64,000 bases of DNA from Candidatus Eremiobacteria bacterium (GCA_963737065.1 CAVTRC010000001.1:1216001-1280000); one strand, 5' to 3'. Counted from the first letter of the stretch, positions 41,083 to 51,598 are shown. Notes: a model not told the origin generated them from the sequence alone. Made by a program: numbers and translations.

Positions 41083-41994
41083 ATGCTAGACGTCGACCAC
41101 ATTCATAAAGAGTTCGGCACGGTCCGTGCCGTCGGCGATGTTCACTTCCGGATCGACGACGGCGCCACGTTCGGGCTGATCGGTCCCAACGGCGCCGGAA
41201 AGACGACCACGATGCGAATGATCCTCGGCATTTTGACGCCCGACGGCGGCTCGATTCGGTGGAACAACGCGCCGGTTCGATACGACAGCCGCAAGCACTT
41301 CGGTTATCTTCCAGAAGAGCGCGGCATCTACGGCAAGATGAAAGTACGCGAGCAAATGTCCTACTTCGGTAAATTGCACGGTCTGCGTGAGCCCGCTCTT
41401 GCCGGCCGCGTGAACCGGTGGATCGAGCGCCTCGGATTGAACGTGTACGCCGACCGTCCGTGCGCGGAGCTTTCCAAAGGCAACCAGCAGAAGGTTCAAC
41501 TCGCATGCGCGGCCGTGCACGATCCGCAACTGCTCGTGCTCGATGAACCCTTCTCCGGCTTGGATCCGGTGAACGCCGACATGCTGCTCGGCGTGCTCAA
41601 TGAATTGAAAGCGCAAGGAACGACGCTCGTGCTTTCGAGCCATCAAATGTGGCAGCTCGAAGAGCTCTGCACGTCGTTCTGCATCATTGCGGGCGGTGAA
41701 AATCGCGTGCAAGGAACGCTGGAGCAACTGCGCGGTGCCTTTCCGACGCGGTTGGTCCGCGTGTCGCCTTCGACTGATGCGGTTGCCAACGTGCTTGGTG
41801 GAGTATCGGGCGCGCAGCCGGGCGTGCAGCCGGCCGCGCCGATGAACGGCAGCGTCGATTACCGCATGCCGGCCGATACGGATTTCGCATCGCTGCTGCG
41901 TTCGCTTGTCGCGGTTGCGCCGGTGACCCGGTTCGAAGCGGTGGAACCGTCGCTTCACGAGATTTATCTTCGCGCCATTGGAGAGGCCGCATGA
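41083..41994 (+). CDS. ABC transporter ATP-binding protein (NatA/YhaQ-like)
   Basis: GPNGAGKTT, GYLPEERG, LSKGNQQK, LDEPFSGLDP, EPSLHEIY. Confidence 0.95.
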   Translation: MLDVDHIHKEFGTVRAVGDVHFRIDDGATFGLIGPNGAGKTTTMRMILGILTPDGGSIRWNNAPVRYDSRKHFGYLPEERGIYGKMKVREQMSYFGKLHGLREPALAGRVNRWIERLGLNVYADRPCAELSKGNQQKVQLACAAVHDPQLLVLDEPFSGLDPVNADMLLGVLNELKAQGTTLVLSSHQMWQLEELCTSFCIIAGGENRVQGTLEQLRGAFPTRLVRVSPSTDAVANVLGGVSGAQPGVQPAAPMNGSVDYRMPADTDFASLLRSLVAVAPVTRFEAVEPSLHEIYLRAIGEAA

Positions 41995-43211
41995 TTCACG
42001 ACCTCGGTACCGTCTTCGCCGCCGAATTCATGCGACGGATCAAATCGCGGCCGTACCTCATCGGGCTCATCATCGGCATCGCAGGCATTTTGCTCTTCAC
42101 ACGCTTGCCGGCATTGGTGGGCGGTGCCTTCGGCGGCTCGAGCAGCATCGTTGTCGTCGGCGATTCGTCGCTGACCTCGCGAGCAAATACGCTTTTGAAG
42201 CCGGAATACGATGTTAAAGCGAAACTGCGACCGCAGCCCATTACGGCGCAAACGCTGAAGGCGTATGACGCGGCGGCCGCCTTTGTATTAACGTCCACGA
42301 AGAGCGGATTAGACGTCGCGGTGTACGCGCACGATCCCGGCAGCATGGGTGAACGCCAAGTCCGGCGCGCGCTGATGCCGCTCCAGCTCGCACTTACGAC
42401 CGGCAAATCGGCGGCACAAGTGACGAACATCACGAACTTTCCGGTCGACGTCAAACCGGTCGCATCGAAGTTCACGTCGGCGGATCAGGCCGAACTTGTA
42501 CGCGGGATCGCGTACACGCTGATCTTCTTCCTCTATATCTTGATTCTCGTGAACAGTCAGCTGGTCACGAGTTCCGTTGCGGAAGAAAAGACGAGCAGAA
42601 TCGCCGAACTGCTCGTTGCGTCGGTCGACCCCGTTGCGCTGCTCGGCGGAAAAATTCTCGCGGGTGCGGTGCTCGCGCTCTTGCAGCTGATCGTCTGGAT
42701 TGCGGCCGCCATGATCGGCGGTCAAGGAGCATCCTCGGCGGGAAGTTCTCACGCCGACGATCTTTTCTCGCTCGCAAATCTCTTCGACGTACTCACCCCT
42801 GGTGTCGTCGTTGCGTTTTTCATCTTCTTTCTAATCGGATTCTTGCAAGTGTCGACGATCTTCGCGGCGATGGCATCATTGATCAATCGCACGGAAGACC
42901 TTGGCAGCATCACGGGTCCGCTTGCCATTCCCGTCGTAGCCGCATTGTTCATCGCAATCGGAGCGCTCGGCACCCCCGAGGCGCCGTGGGCCGTTACGAC
43001 GAGCTTCATCCCGATCATCGCACCGTTCATCATGTTTGCGCGGATCGCCGCGAGCAACGTCCCGCTCTGGCAAATCTTCCTCTCTATCGCGGTCAACATC
43101 GCGGCTCTGGCGGCAATTGCCGTGCTCGCCGGCAAGATCTACCGAGTAGGCATGCTCTTGTATGGCCGTGCTCCGAAGATTTCTCAGGTGTGGGCGGTGA
43201 TCCGTTCGTAG
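41991..43211 (+). CDS. ABC-2 transporter permease (NatB/YhaP-like)
   Basis: VAEEKTSRIAELL, KIYRVGMLLYG; ATGA overlap. Confidence 0.92.
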   Translation: MIHDLGTVFAAEFMRRIKSRPYLIGLIIGIAGILLFTRLPALVGGAFGGSSSIVVVGDSSLTSRANTLLKPEYDVKAKLRPQPITAQTLKAYDAAAAFVLTSTKSGLDVAVYAHDPGSMGERQVRRALMPLQLALTTGKSAAQVTNITNFPVDVKPVASKFTSADQAELVRGIAYTLIFFLYILILVNSQLVTSSVAEEKTSRIAELLVASVDPVALLGGKILAGAVLALLQLIVWIAAAMIGGQGASSAGSSHADDLFSLANLFDVLTPGVVVAFFIFFLIGFLQVSTIFAAMASLINRTEDLGSITGPLAIPVVAALFIAIGALGTPEAPWAVTTSFIPIIAPFIMFARIAASNVPLWQIFLSIAVNIAALAAIAVLAGKIYRVGMLLYGRAPKISQVWAVIRS

Positions 43212-43311
43212 ATCGTTTCCCTAAAGCGTAATTGCCGCAAGCCGATGGCTATAGTGAAGCCCAGCGGTAGCTTGACTTCTCGCACCTCATCACGGAAGGC
43301 ACCGAATCGCC

Positions 43312-44766
43312 ATGGAGCGTACCGCCGACGCATCAACGGGGGCTAGCTTACGGCTTTGGCGTTTGCCGAAGCTCGCTCCGAATAGCCTCGTGCGCTCGCG
43401 CCTGCTTGGTCGCCTGTCGCAGTATTCCGACGCACCCGCACGAGCGCTCATCGCGCCGGCAGGCTTCGGGAAGAGTACGCTTGTCCGCCAGTACCTTGCC
43501 GAAGCGCCGTCGATGTTCGCCTACGTTGCCTTCGACTCATTAGACCAACCCGCGGAGATTATTTTACGCGCGGCGCACGCCTTCGGCGTGGAGCCGGCGG
43601 CGCTCGATCCGTTCATTGATTCGCTCGCCGGCGTGAGCCCGCGATTCGTGGTCTTCGACGACGTCGACGTCAAGGATCCGTCCTCCGCGGCCTGGCTCCG
43701 CGAAATCATCAAACACGTTCCGGACCATCACCGCATTATCGTTTGTGCGCGCTCGCGCGATGTCGTATCAGGTGCGCGTGCGCTCGTTTCCGGCACGGTC
43801 GCCTACATAACCGCCGATGAGCTTGCATTCACCCCCGCTGAGCTCGCGCAACTCTGCGACCTGCATAACGTCAGCTACAAGGACGACGATATCACGAAGT
43901 TCTGGTCCCAGACCGAAGGCTGGCCGATCGTCGCAAATCTCGCGATCCGCACGGCGGGCGTGCAGCAACGACCGGCCGCTATGCTCTACGCAGCGTGGCG
44001 CGAAACGCATGCGGACTCTTTCCGCTGTTTCGTTCTGGAAGAAGCAGCACGCAGTCCGCACAACGCACTCCTTCGGCGTTTGCTTACGTCGGACGATCTC
44101 GTGTGCACGGCCGAAGAGTGGGACACACTGGAACGCCACGGGCTTTTCGCCTATCGTCGTAACGGCCGCGTGGACGTGTACCGAACCCTGCTGGACATCT
44201 TTTCGCAGACGACCGCCGCGGTTCCAGCCGGTACCAGCGCTGAGAGTGCGCCGATCACCGCAACGGTACTGGGCGAGTTCTCGATCGTCATCTCCGGACG
44301 GCCGGTGCAATGGATACGGCGCAAGGACGCACGCATCTTCAAGTATCTGCTGCTCAAACCCGGCGGCGAAGCGACCCGTCAAGAGCTGCTCGATGTTTTC
44401 TGGCCCGATACCGAACGGCAAACCGCAATCGCGGCGCTGCGCACGACGTGCAGTCAGATCAGACACGCGTTACGTGACGCGGTCGGTTTCACGCGAGCAC
44501 AAACGTACTTCCAAACGGACTTTCATGTACGCGTTCCCGTCGAGCTCGTCGTAAGCGATCTGCAACGTCTACGCGCCCATGCGGCCGCCGCGATCGAGGC
44601 CGAAGAAGAGAACGACCTCAAGCGCGCGCGCACGCACTGGGGAACCGTCGTGACGCTCGATAGCGGAGAGTTCATTGTGGACGTAGCGTGTTCGCTTTAC
44701 CACCAGATCGCGCAGGAAGTGCAAAACGCGTTCCGCCGCGCGCGAACATTGCTCAAGTCGGCGTAA
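43312..44766 (+). CDS. regulator with MalT-like NTPase N-terminus and SARP/DnrI-like wHTH-BTAD C-terminus
   Basis: PKL...VRSRLL, APAGFGKSTL, TEGWP; LGEFSI, LLDVFWPD, ALRTTCSQIRHAL. Confidence 0.78.
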   Translation: MERTADASTGASLRLWRLPKLAPNSLVRSRLLGRLSQYSDAPARALIAPAGFGKSTLVRQYLAEAPSMFAYVAFDSLDQPAEIILRAAHAFGVEPAALDPFIDSLAGVSPRFVVFDDVDVKDPSSAAWLREIIKHVPDHHRIIVCARSRDVVSGARALVSGTVAYITADELAFTPAELAQLCDLHNVSYKDDDITKFWSQTEGWPIVANLAIRTAGVQQRPAAMLYAAWRETHADSFRCFVLEEAARSPHNALLRRLLTSDDLVCTAEEWDTLERHGLFAYRRNGRVDVYRTLLDIFSQTTAAVPAGTSAESAPITATVLGEFSIVISGRPVQWIRRKDARIFKYLLLKPGGEATRQELLDVFWPDTERQTAIAALRTTCSQIRHALRDAVGFTRAQTYFQTDFHVRVPVELVVSDLQRLRAHAAAAIEAEEENDLKRARTHWGTVVTLDSGEFIVDVACSLYHQIAQEVQNAFRRARTLLKSA

Positions 44767-45058
44767 GGAGCGTGCCTTCGAACAATCCTGCGCGCCGCGC
44801 AGCGCCAGCGGCCAGTTCCGCAACGGCGTAAGCACCTGCGTGCCGTAGTACCCGCCGCGCTGACACGGCTTCGTGCAGCGCGAGGACGCGAAAGGAATCG
44901 TCGAGGAACACGACGTCGATCGCCATCGACATGAACCACGTGTGAATTGCGTCGCATCGCTCGAACACGAGCGCACAGTCGAGTGGAAACGAGCGTCTCC
45001 CTAACAGCCCAAACGCGCGCGCCCACGGTGTCCGCGCAAACCGCACCCGTACGTTCAT
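44753..45058 (-). CDS. DUF192 family protein
   Basis: RAFGLLGR, IHTWFMSMAIDVVFLD, VAELAAG; ATGA-coupled to the peptidase gene. Confidence 0.88.
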   Translation of the reverse strand: MNVRVRFARTPWARAFGLLGRRSFPLDCALVFERCDAIHTWFMSMAIDVVFLDDSFRVLALHEAVSARRVLRHAGAYAVAELAAGAARRAGLFEGTLLTPT

Positions 45059-45663
45059 AAAACGACGACGAGCGCAGCAAACGTCGCGACCACGATGTAC
45101 GGACCAAACGCAACCGGTTGCTTTCCCCGGTCGCGCAGGTACGAAACGACCGTAGCGGCGAGACAGGCCGCCGCGAATGCAGGCAACGCCGCCATCATTC
45201 CAACGAGCGCTGCGCACAGGGTTGCGAGTTTTACGTCGCCCCATCCCATGCCGCGGCCGCGTGAGAGCAGCGCTGCGCCGGCAAACGGAACGAAGATCAC
45301 GACCGCCGATACGACCGAGAACCAGTGCCCGGAATAGACGACGTATGCTGCAACGACCGCCAAGGGTAGCAACGTAAACCAGTCGGAGATCAGGCCGGTC
45401 CGCGAATCGCCGTACCAGCAGGCAACGAGCGGAACGCACGCCAGCGCCACGCATGCCATCTGCAGTGGGTCCGCATGCCGTGCAACGAGCGCCGCGCAGA
45501 GCAACAGTAGCGTAACGAACGGCCATGCCCAGTGTACCGGCCGCACCGGCGGTCCGTCTTCGAACCGGTCCGCCGGACGCGGAACGACTGTGCCAAGGAT
45601 GATTCCGCCGATTGAGGCGCTCGCAAAGAGAGCAAAGGCGGTGAAAATCAACAGCGGCGACAT
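45055..45663 (-). CDS. A24 prepilin peptidase
   Basis: GDSRTGLISD, GMGWGDVKL, VAFGPYI. Confidence 0.88.
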   Translation of the reverse strand: MSPLLIFTAFALFASASIGGIILGTVVPRPADRFEDGPPVRPVHWAWPFVTLLLLCAALVARHADPLQMACVALACVPLVACWYGDSRTGLISDWFTLLPLAVVAAYVVYSGHWFSVVSAVVIFVPFAGAALLSRGRGMGWGDVKLATLCAALVGMMAALPAFAAACLAATVVSYLRDRGKQPVAFGPYIVVATFAALVVVL

Positions 45664-46505
45664 CAGCGTTGAGAGAGCAAATGCGCCGCGAGTGCGCCGA
45701 AAATCAAGATGAAAAGCGAAGGCAGCATGAACAGCGCCATCGGGAAAACAAGCTTGTTCGGAAGCGCATTCGCGAGTTCTTCCGCGCGTGCGAGCCGATG
45801 ATCGCGCGCGTCCATCGCCAAGTGATCGAGTACTTCAACGATGTCGGCGCCGAGCTTATCCGCCTGCACGATTGCGGTAACGGTCGCCGAAAAGCTCGGC
45901 TCGCGAACGCGCGATGAAGCCGCCATCAGCGCTTCGCTGCGCGAGCGCCCAAGACGAATATCCTGGAGGACCGATCGGAGCTCTTCCGCCAATGGTCCGT
46001 TCAAACCGTCCGCTGCTACGGCTAAAGCCCCGTTGAGGGCGATGCCGGCTTCCATCGTGGCTGAAACGATGTCCAGAAAATCGGGAAGCGCGCGCGTGAT
46101 CGCCATTTTTCGCGCCTTAATCGCGCGGTCGAGTCGCGCCGTCGGCAAATAAAATGCGCCGAAGCACAGCAAGAATCCCAAAAACAGATCGATGAAGATC
46201 GACCCGTGCAGCAAGAATGACGCAGCGAGTCCAATGATTGCGCCGGCGCACGCGCCGCCGAGGGACGAGGCAAGAAACTTCGCCGGCGTGGCATCGTACC
46301 AGCCCGCTTCGGTGAATCTCGAGAGCAGCAATCGCTCCTGTTGGTCGCTGACGAACCGCGCAAACGCGGCTTTACGTGGCGCGACACCTTTCGACGCATC
46401 GAGCTCCGCGAGGCGGTCGTGAACGGACGGCGCATCCGAACGAAGTACGGCAAGAAGCGCGAGGCCGACGACGACGACGACGATGCCGAGCATGATGAGC
46501 GCCAT
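45663..46505 (-). CDS. tadC: Tad inner-membrane platform protein TadC (T2SSF)
   Basis: ALPDFLDI...EAG, LGRSRSEAL, QADKLG, AEELA, KLVFP. Confidence 0.92.
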   Translation of the reverse strand: MALIMLGIVVVVVGLALLAVLRSDAPSVHDRLAELDASKGVAPRKAAFARFVSDQQERLLLSRFTEAGWYDATPAKFLASSLGGACAGAIIGLAASFLLHGSIFIDLFLGFLLCFGAFYLPTARLDRAIKARKMAITRALPDFLDIVSATMEAGIALNGALAVAADGLNGPLAEELRSVLQDIRLGRSRSEALMAASSRVREPSFSATVTAIVQADKLGADIVEVLDHLAMDARDHRLARAEELANALPNKLVFPMALFMLPSLFILIFGALAAHLLSQR

Positions 46506-46506
46506 G

Positions 46507-47373
46507 CTAGATGTCCAATGTGCTCAGCTTGCCGAACACGATCCATCCCGCCGTCAACAGCGCAACGGCGAGCACAAGAACGACGTGTCCGATCAATGTG
46601 CCAAGCAACGCGGAACGCATGTCGGGCTCGAACGCGATAATGAACGCACCGACGAAAACCGGCAGCGCCGTAATGACCCATTTGGTCGAACGCGATTCCG
46701 AAGTGAGCGCGCGCATGCGTCGCTCAATACGCCGGCGTTGCTTGATCATCTCCGCAAGATTCAGGAGAATCTTCGTCAGATTGCCGCCCGTCTTGCTTTG
46801 GATGCGAATCGTCTGCGAAAGCATCGTCATCTCGGTGCTCGGCATTCGCGCGGCGAGCTGAGCCAGCGCGTCTTCCATCGTTACGCCGATCGCGGTTTGG
46901 GCGAAAGCGCGTCCGAACTCGACGCTTGCCGGCGCGGGCATTTCATTGATGACCATGCCGATGGACTGCCGTAGTCCTAGCCCGACGCGCAGCGCGCTGA
47001 CGACCAGCCGCAGCACCATTTCGAGCTGATTGCTGAATTCCTGAAGCCGCTTTTGTATCCGTCGCAAAATCCAGAAGCGGATCGCAAGCCATACGACGCC
47101 CGGATACAGTAGCGCGAGGAAGACGCCCGTCATCATCGATGCATGCACGACAATCGCCGTAGCAAGCCACGCAAGAACGACGGCAATCACGGTCGCAATC
47201 GCATTTCTACGAATCTGCGCGGGCGTTACGATGATAGCCGCACGTTCGAGCATGGCGATATACCAACGCAGCCGCCGCTCGAGCACATCGTTCAGGCGCT
47301 CCGCGAAAAGCGCCCAGATAACCGCCGCTCCCGCGAGAAACGAAACGGCAAGCGCGACCGGGGCGAACGCCAT
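46507..47373 (-). CDS. tadB: Tad inner-membrane platform protein TadB (T2SSF)
   Basis: SALRVGLGL, PAPASVEF, IQSKTGGNL, ALTSESR. Confidence 0.92.
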   Translation of the reverse strand: MAFAPVALAVSFLAGAAVIWALFAERLNDVLERRLRWYIAMLERAAIIVTPAQIRRNAIATVIAVVLAWLATAIVVHASMMTGVFLALLYPGVVWLAIRFWILRRIQKRLQEFSNQLEMVLRLVVSALRVGLGLRQSIGMVINEMPAPASVEFGRAFAQTAIGVTMEDALAQLAARMPSTEMTMLSQTIRIQSKTGGNLTKILLNLAEMIKQRRRIERRMRALTSESRSTKWVITALPVFVGAFIIAFEPDMRSALLGTLIGHVVLVLAVALLTAGWIVFGKLSTLDI

Positions 47374-47375
47374 CG

Positions 47376-49487
47376 TCAGCTCGCCACGAGCGTTTCCACG
47401 CCCGGTTCACCCATTCGCGAAAGATCGTACGTTACGCCGTACTCTTCGAACCGGTCGATGAACGTGGGCCGAACTCCGGAGAAGACGAACGAACCGACGA
47501 CGCGATTCTCCTTATCCAAGCCGCGTTGCTGATAGCGCGCGATCTCCTGCATGCTGATAACATCGCCTTGCATCCCGACCACTTCGGAAATGCTCGTCAC
47601 CTTTCGAGAACCGTCGCGCATTCGCGCCGTTTGGACGACGACGTCGACGGCACTCGAAATCTGCTCGCGGATCGCACGCATCGGCACTTCGAACCCGGCC
47701 ATCAACGCCATCGTCTCTAAACGCCGCATGCAATCGCGTGGCGTATTCGCATGCACGGTCGTCAACGAACCGTCGTGTCCGGTGTTCATTGCCTGCAGCA
47801 TATCAAGCGCTTCGCCGCCGCGGCACTCACCGACGATGATCCGGTCCGGGCGCATGCGCAGCGAGTTACGAACGAGGTCGCGAATGCGAATCTCGCCACG
47901 TCCTTCGGTATTCGGCGGCCGCGTCTCTAACCGAACGACATGCTCCTGGCTCAATCGCAATTCAGCCGCATCCTCGATCGTGACGATGCGTTCTCCGGCC
48001 GGCACGAACGTGGAGAGCACGTTGAGCAACGTCGTCTTTCCCGAACCCGTGCCCCCGCTCACGACGATGTTCAAACGGGCCTCCACGGCAGCCCGCAGAA
48101 GATCGCCCATCGCTTCGGTCAGCGAGTCGAACTCGACGAGATCGTCGATGCGATAATGACGATTACCGAACCGCCGGATCGTCAGCGTTGCACCATCGAT
48201 CGATAACGGCTCGATTGTCGCGTTGACACGCGAACCGTCCGCGAGACGCGCATCGACCATCGGAGACGCCTCGTCGATGTGCCGCCCGATCGGCGAGATG
48301 ATTCGTTCGATCACCAGCCGCAGCTGCCGTGCATCCGCGAAGCGCCGGTCCGAGCGAACGATGCGGCCTTCGCGCTCAACGTAGATATGCTCCGCGCCGT
48401 TGACCATGATTTCGGTGACGGCTTCATCGGCGAGAATCGCCTCCAGCGGACCGAGCCCGAGTGCTTCGTCGATGATCTCTTGGCGTAGATGTGCGATCTC
48501 TTCGGCAGAGCCGACACCGTCTTCACCGGCGATCGCCTCGGCCACGATTTGCGCAATCTCGGTACGCAGTTCGTCGATTTTCAGTGCATCGGGCGAAAGC
48601 GCGTCGGTCATCGCCGCAAAGTCGATGCGGCGCGAAAGCTGTTGGTGGATCGAGAATTTCAATCGATCGCGAAGGTCGCCGCGCAGGCGCGACGTTGACA
48701 CGCTACGATTATCGGCGGGCGCGCCGTTCAGCGCGGTTGCGGCTTGGAGCGTTTCCTCGGGAGTCGGCGCGCGTTTTCCCAGTCGCCGCTCGCCGAGCGG
48801 CGTACTCGTCGACGGCTGCAGCGAAAGAAAGCTGTCGAACTGCTTTCCGGCTAATGCGTTGACCATCGATCGAACCGTTTTCTCATATCGGCGATCGTTC
48901 TTCAGCGGGACCTCGCCCAAGATGGGCAGCCGCAATGCACGCTCGATGTCGCCGCGCGACACCTCGCTTTTTCCGCCGCGTGCCGGGCCGATAATCGCCG
49001 AGAGATGCGCCTCGGGGACGCCGAAACTTTGAAGTTCCAGTTGCATCGCACGCGCCCCGGTCAGTCCCAGCACCGACGGCTCCACGACGATCGTGAATTG
49101 CGCCGCCCGCACGGCTAACGGCCGGACGACGGCGGCAAACGGCTGCGCCGAATCGACGATGATGCGTTGAGCGCCCGCGAGATCGGTCGCCATCAGCCGC
49201 TCGACGTGCGCGCTTTTGACGGTGAAGCCGGAATGTACGCTGGCGGCGATTTCGACGAGTTGCAGATTCGTCGCGACGTTGACGGCGGCAAGCTCCTGAT
49301 CTTCAAGCGCTTCGTCGATCAGGCGTATCGCATTGAACAGCACCGCATGACTGCGCCGCCCGCACAGATCGCCGTCAATCAGCACGGTCTTACCGTCGGC
49401 TGCAAACACGTTCGCGATATCGACCGCTAGCGACGTCGTTCCAACGCCTCCCTTCGATCCAACGGCGAACAAGATCGACGCGCTCAC
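47376..49487 (-). CDS. cpaF: CpaE/TadZ - CpaF/TadA fusion pilus assembly ATPase
   Basis: N-terminal MinD-like GSKGGVGTTS and LIDGD; C-terminal GLGPLE, EIMVNG, GGTGSGKTT, TIEDAAEL, LRMRPDRIIVGECRG, MNTGHDGS. Confidence 0.93.
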   Translation of the reverse strand: MSASILFAVGSKGGVGTTSLAVDIANVFAADGKTVLIDGDLCGRRSHAVLFNAIRLIDEALEDQELAAVNVATNLQLVEIAASVHSGFTVKSAHVERLMATDLAGAQRIIVDSAQPFAAVVRPLAVRAAQFTIVVEPSVLGLTGARAMQLELQSFGVPEAHLSAIIGPARGGKSEVSRGDIERALRLPILGEVPLKNDRRYEKTVRSMVNALAGKQFDSFLSLQPSTSTPLGERRLGKRAPTPEETLQAATALNGAPADNRSVSTSRLRGDLRDRLKFSIHQQLSRRIDFAAMTDALSPDALKIDELRTEIAQIVAEAIAGEDGVGSAEEIAHLRQEIIDEALGLGPLEAILADEAVTEIMVNGAEHIYVEREGRIVRSDRRFADARQLRLVIERIISPIGRHIDEASPMVDARLADGSRVNATIEPLSIDGATLTIRRFGNRHYRIDDLVEFDSLTEAMGDLLRAAVEARLNIVVSGGTGSGKTTLLNVLSTFVPAGERIVTIEDAAELRLSQEHVVRLETRPPNTEGRGEIRIRDLVRNSLRMRPDRIIVGECRGGEALDMLQAMNTGHDGSLTTVHANTPRDCMRRLETMALMAGFEVPMRAIREQISSAVDVVVQTARMRDGSRKVTSISEVVGMQGDVISMQEIARYQQRGLDKENRVVGSFVFSGVRPTFIDRFEEYGVTYDLSRMGEPGVETLVAS

Positions 49488-50299
49488 CGCGATCCCTCGA
49501 GACGATCGCCGTCGATGACGGGAACGGAAAACGGTGCATGCGAAGCGACCGGCGCCACAACGGTTCGCGCGGGAACGGTTACCGCCGGCGGTTGCAGTGA
49601 CGGCCGCATATCGAAAAATACGATGTGCTCGGTGAATCCCGACGTTCCCGGTTCATCGGGCGGCCGCAGCGCCAGTCGAAGCGTTGCATTGAGATCGGCG
49701 AGCGTAATGAGGTCTGCTTGCGACGGCGTCACCTCGAGCGTCACCGTCCGAATGTCGGGCGCCGGTGTAGCGGACGGATCCGTTGCCGCCGTAAACGCCC
49801 CGCCGACCGAAAGCACGCGAACATTTCGCATGATCGTATACGCGCCGGCGTTCGGCCCTTCTTTCGGCGGAGCGGCAATGACGTCGACGCGATCGCCGGG
49901 ATGAAGCAAGCCGGAAACGTCCTTCACGGGGTCGACGGCAATAGAGATCGCGCGCATGCCTCTGCGCAACTGTATGGCGAGCCCGAGCGAAGACGCGGGC
50001 GCGATGTCACCGCTCTCGATTACCGCTTCCTTTGCCATACCGTGCGCAGAGACGGTACCGTTGACTGCGGCAACCGAAGAAATCGCATCGCGAGGAACTT
50101 GATCGGCCGGTTTTTGCACGATGCCGAACATCGAAGCTTGCAGCGGCGCGCGGGCCGGAATTTCTTGCAACGCCACGACCACCGGACGCATCGCCACCGG
50201 ATCGGTGTGTTTGTTGCTAAACGCAAGGGCAAAAAATGAGAGGAGCGCGATAACGGCCACCGCACCTCCGCCGATCATCAGTAGCCGTCGGTTGTTCAT
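49484..50299 (-). CDS. cpaB: Flp pilus assembly protein CpaB/RcpC
   Basis: TM, SAF domain (VVVALQEIPA), GMRAISI, PGDRVDVI, VTLEVTP, LRLALR. Confidence 0.93.
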   Translation of the reverse strand: MNNRRLLMIGGGAVAVIALLSFFALAFSNKHTDPVAMRPVVVALQEIPARAPLQASMFGIVQKPADQVPRDAISSVAAVNGTVSAHGMAKEAVIESGDIAPASSLGLAIQLRRGMRAISIAVDPVKDVSGLLHPGDRVDVIAAPPKEGPNAGAYTIMRNVRVLSVGGAFTAATDPSATPAPDIRTVTLEVTPSQADLITLADLNATLRLALRPPDEPGTSGFTEHIVFFDMRPSLQPPAVTVPARTVVAPVASHAPFSVPVIDGDRLEGSR

Positions 50300-50826
50300 C
50301 TCCAGATCCTCAGGGATGGAAAGCCGATGTCGAGAACGATCGCGCACGTAAGACCCGCCGCAAATGCGAGCGCATATGGGATGCGCGCGTCTTGCGGACT
50401 GAGCGCCACCGGCGTAACGGTCGCCGTTTGCGTAAACGCGGCGAGCGCAGCTCCGTGCAGCTGTGCTCGCAGTTGCGACGTCCGGCCTCGTAGGACGGCC
50501 CAAACGACCGCCAGTACTCCGCCGAAGACACCAGATAGTAGAAGGAAGTCAATGCAGCTTGGATAGCCGATCAGCCCCGCGATTCCGACGGCAAGCTTGA
50601 TGTCGCCCCCGCCGAGCCACCCCGTACGATGAATCGCAAGACCGCACGCAAGCACTGCCGCAATGACGAGCACGTCAGTCAACGCAGCCGCAATTCCCCC
50701 GCGCGCGAGCGCGACGAACGGCGAAGCGATGATGAGCGTGAGCGTGATTGCATTTGGAATCCGCCGCGTGCGCAAATCGGTCACGACCGCGACCGCACAA
50801 GCGCAGCAGGCGAGTAACCAAATCAC
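50296..50826 (-). CDS. cpaA: Flp prepilin peptidase CpaA/TadV
   Basis: TDLRTRRIPN, GGGDIKL, IPYALA. Confidence 0.9.
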   Translation of the reverse strand: MIWLLACCACAVAVVTDLRTRRIPNAITLTLIIASPFVALARGGIAAALTDVLVIAAVLACGLAIHRTGWLGGGDIKLAVGIAGLIGYPSCIDFLLLSGVFGGVLAVVWAVLRGRTSQLRAQLHGAALAAFTQTATVTPVALSPQDARIPYALAFAAGLTCAIVLDIGFPSLRIWR

Positions 50827-50841
50827 CCGCGACGAGCCGCT

Positions 50842-51000
50842 TTAGAGATCGCTGTTAATCGTCGTGAATTGCGCGGCGATCGTCTTACCGAGCGTCGCGA
50901 CGATACCGATGCAAACCACCGCGATAAGAGCGACGATGATGCCGTACTCGACGAGCGTCGCGCCGTTGTCGTCCTTAATCAGATCCTTGATAGCGTTCAT
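50842..51000 (-). CDS. flp: Flp type IVc major pilin
   Basis: MNAIKDLIKDDNG|ATLVEYGIIVALIAVV, canonical Flp motif; AAAGGA RBS. Confidence 0.95.
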   Translation of the reverse strand: MNAIKDLIKDDNGATLVEYGIIVALIAVVCIGIVATLGKTIAAQFTTINSDL

Positions 51001-51046
51001 GTCGTTTTCAATCCTTTTGAATGGTATGGCGTGCAAGAAAGAGCGG

Positions 51047-51460
51047 TTATAGGCCGTGCCCGTCGTCCCAAACGGGAACGTTGAGATCGGCATTCGGCGC
51101 ACGATATGTCGTGGTCGCAGAGGCCGACGTTCCCGGAAGTTCCGCGCGAACCGTAATGAGCGAGTTGCGAACGTATGCCGGCGCGACCGCAATGTTTTCC
51201 GAGAAAACGCCGGCCGCGTTCGCGATCGCGCGATACCGTCCGATCGATAGCGTCGGCAGATCGAGCGAAATCAACTCGTTCACATCGAGAAGCACCTCTG
51301 CGTGGGCGGGTGCCGTACCCGTTACAGAGATGCCTTCCCAACCGAGGTTGCCGGAGTGCACGCTGACCGTCACGCCGTTAGTTTGGGCGCGGGCAGAACC
51401 TCCCGCACCCAATATGATGAGCGTTGATACCGCAATGGCAATAGCGGAGCGTACAAACAT
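51047..51460 (-). CDS. secreted hypothetical protein, first gene of the flp operon
   Basis: GGAGGA RBS, signal peptide ending ARA-Q, beta-rich mature part. Confidence 0.75.
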   Translation of the reverse strand: MFVRSAIAIAVSTLIILGAGGSARAQTNGVTVSVHSGNLGWEGISVTGTAPAHAEVLLDVNELISLDLPTLSIGRYRAIANAAGVFSENIAVAPAYVRNSLITVRAELPGTSASATTTYRAPNADLNVPVWDDGHGL

Positions 51461-51598
51461 GGACAATCCTCCGTGGGAATTGTATCGGCTATAATGCCGC
51501 GGCGGACGTCCGCCTAGCCCATCCGGGCGAAAATTTCACGTTCTGCGAACGCCTTGCTAACGCATTAACGTTCGCAGCGCGTGCCATAATACGCACCA

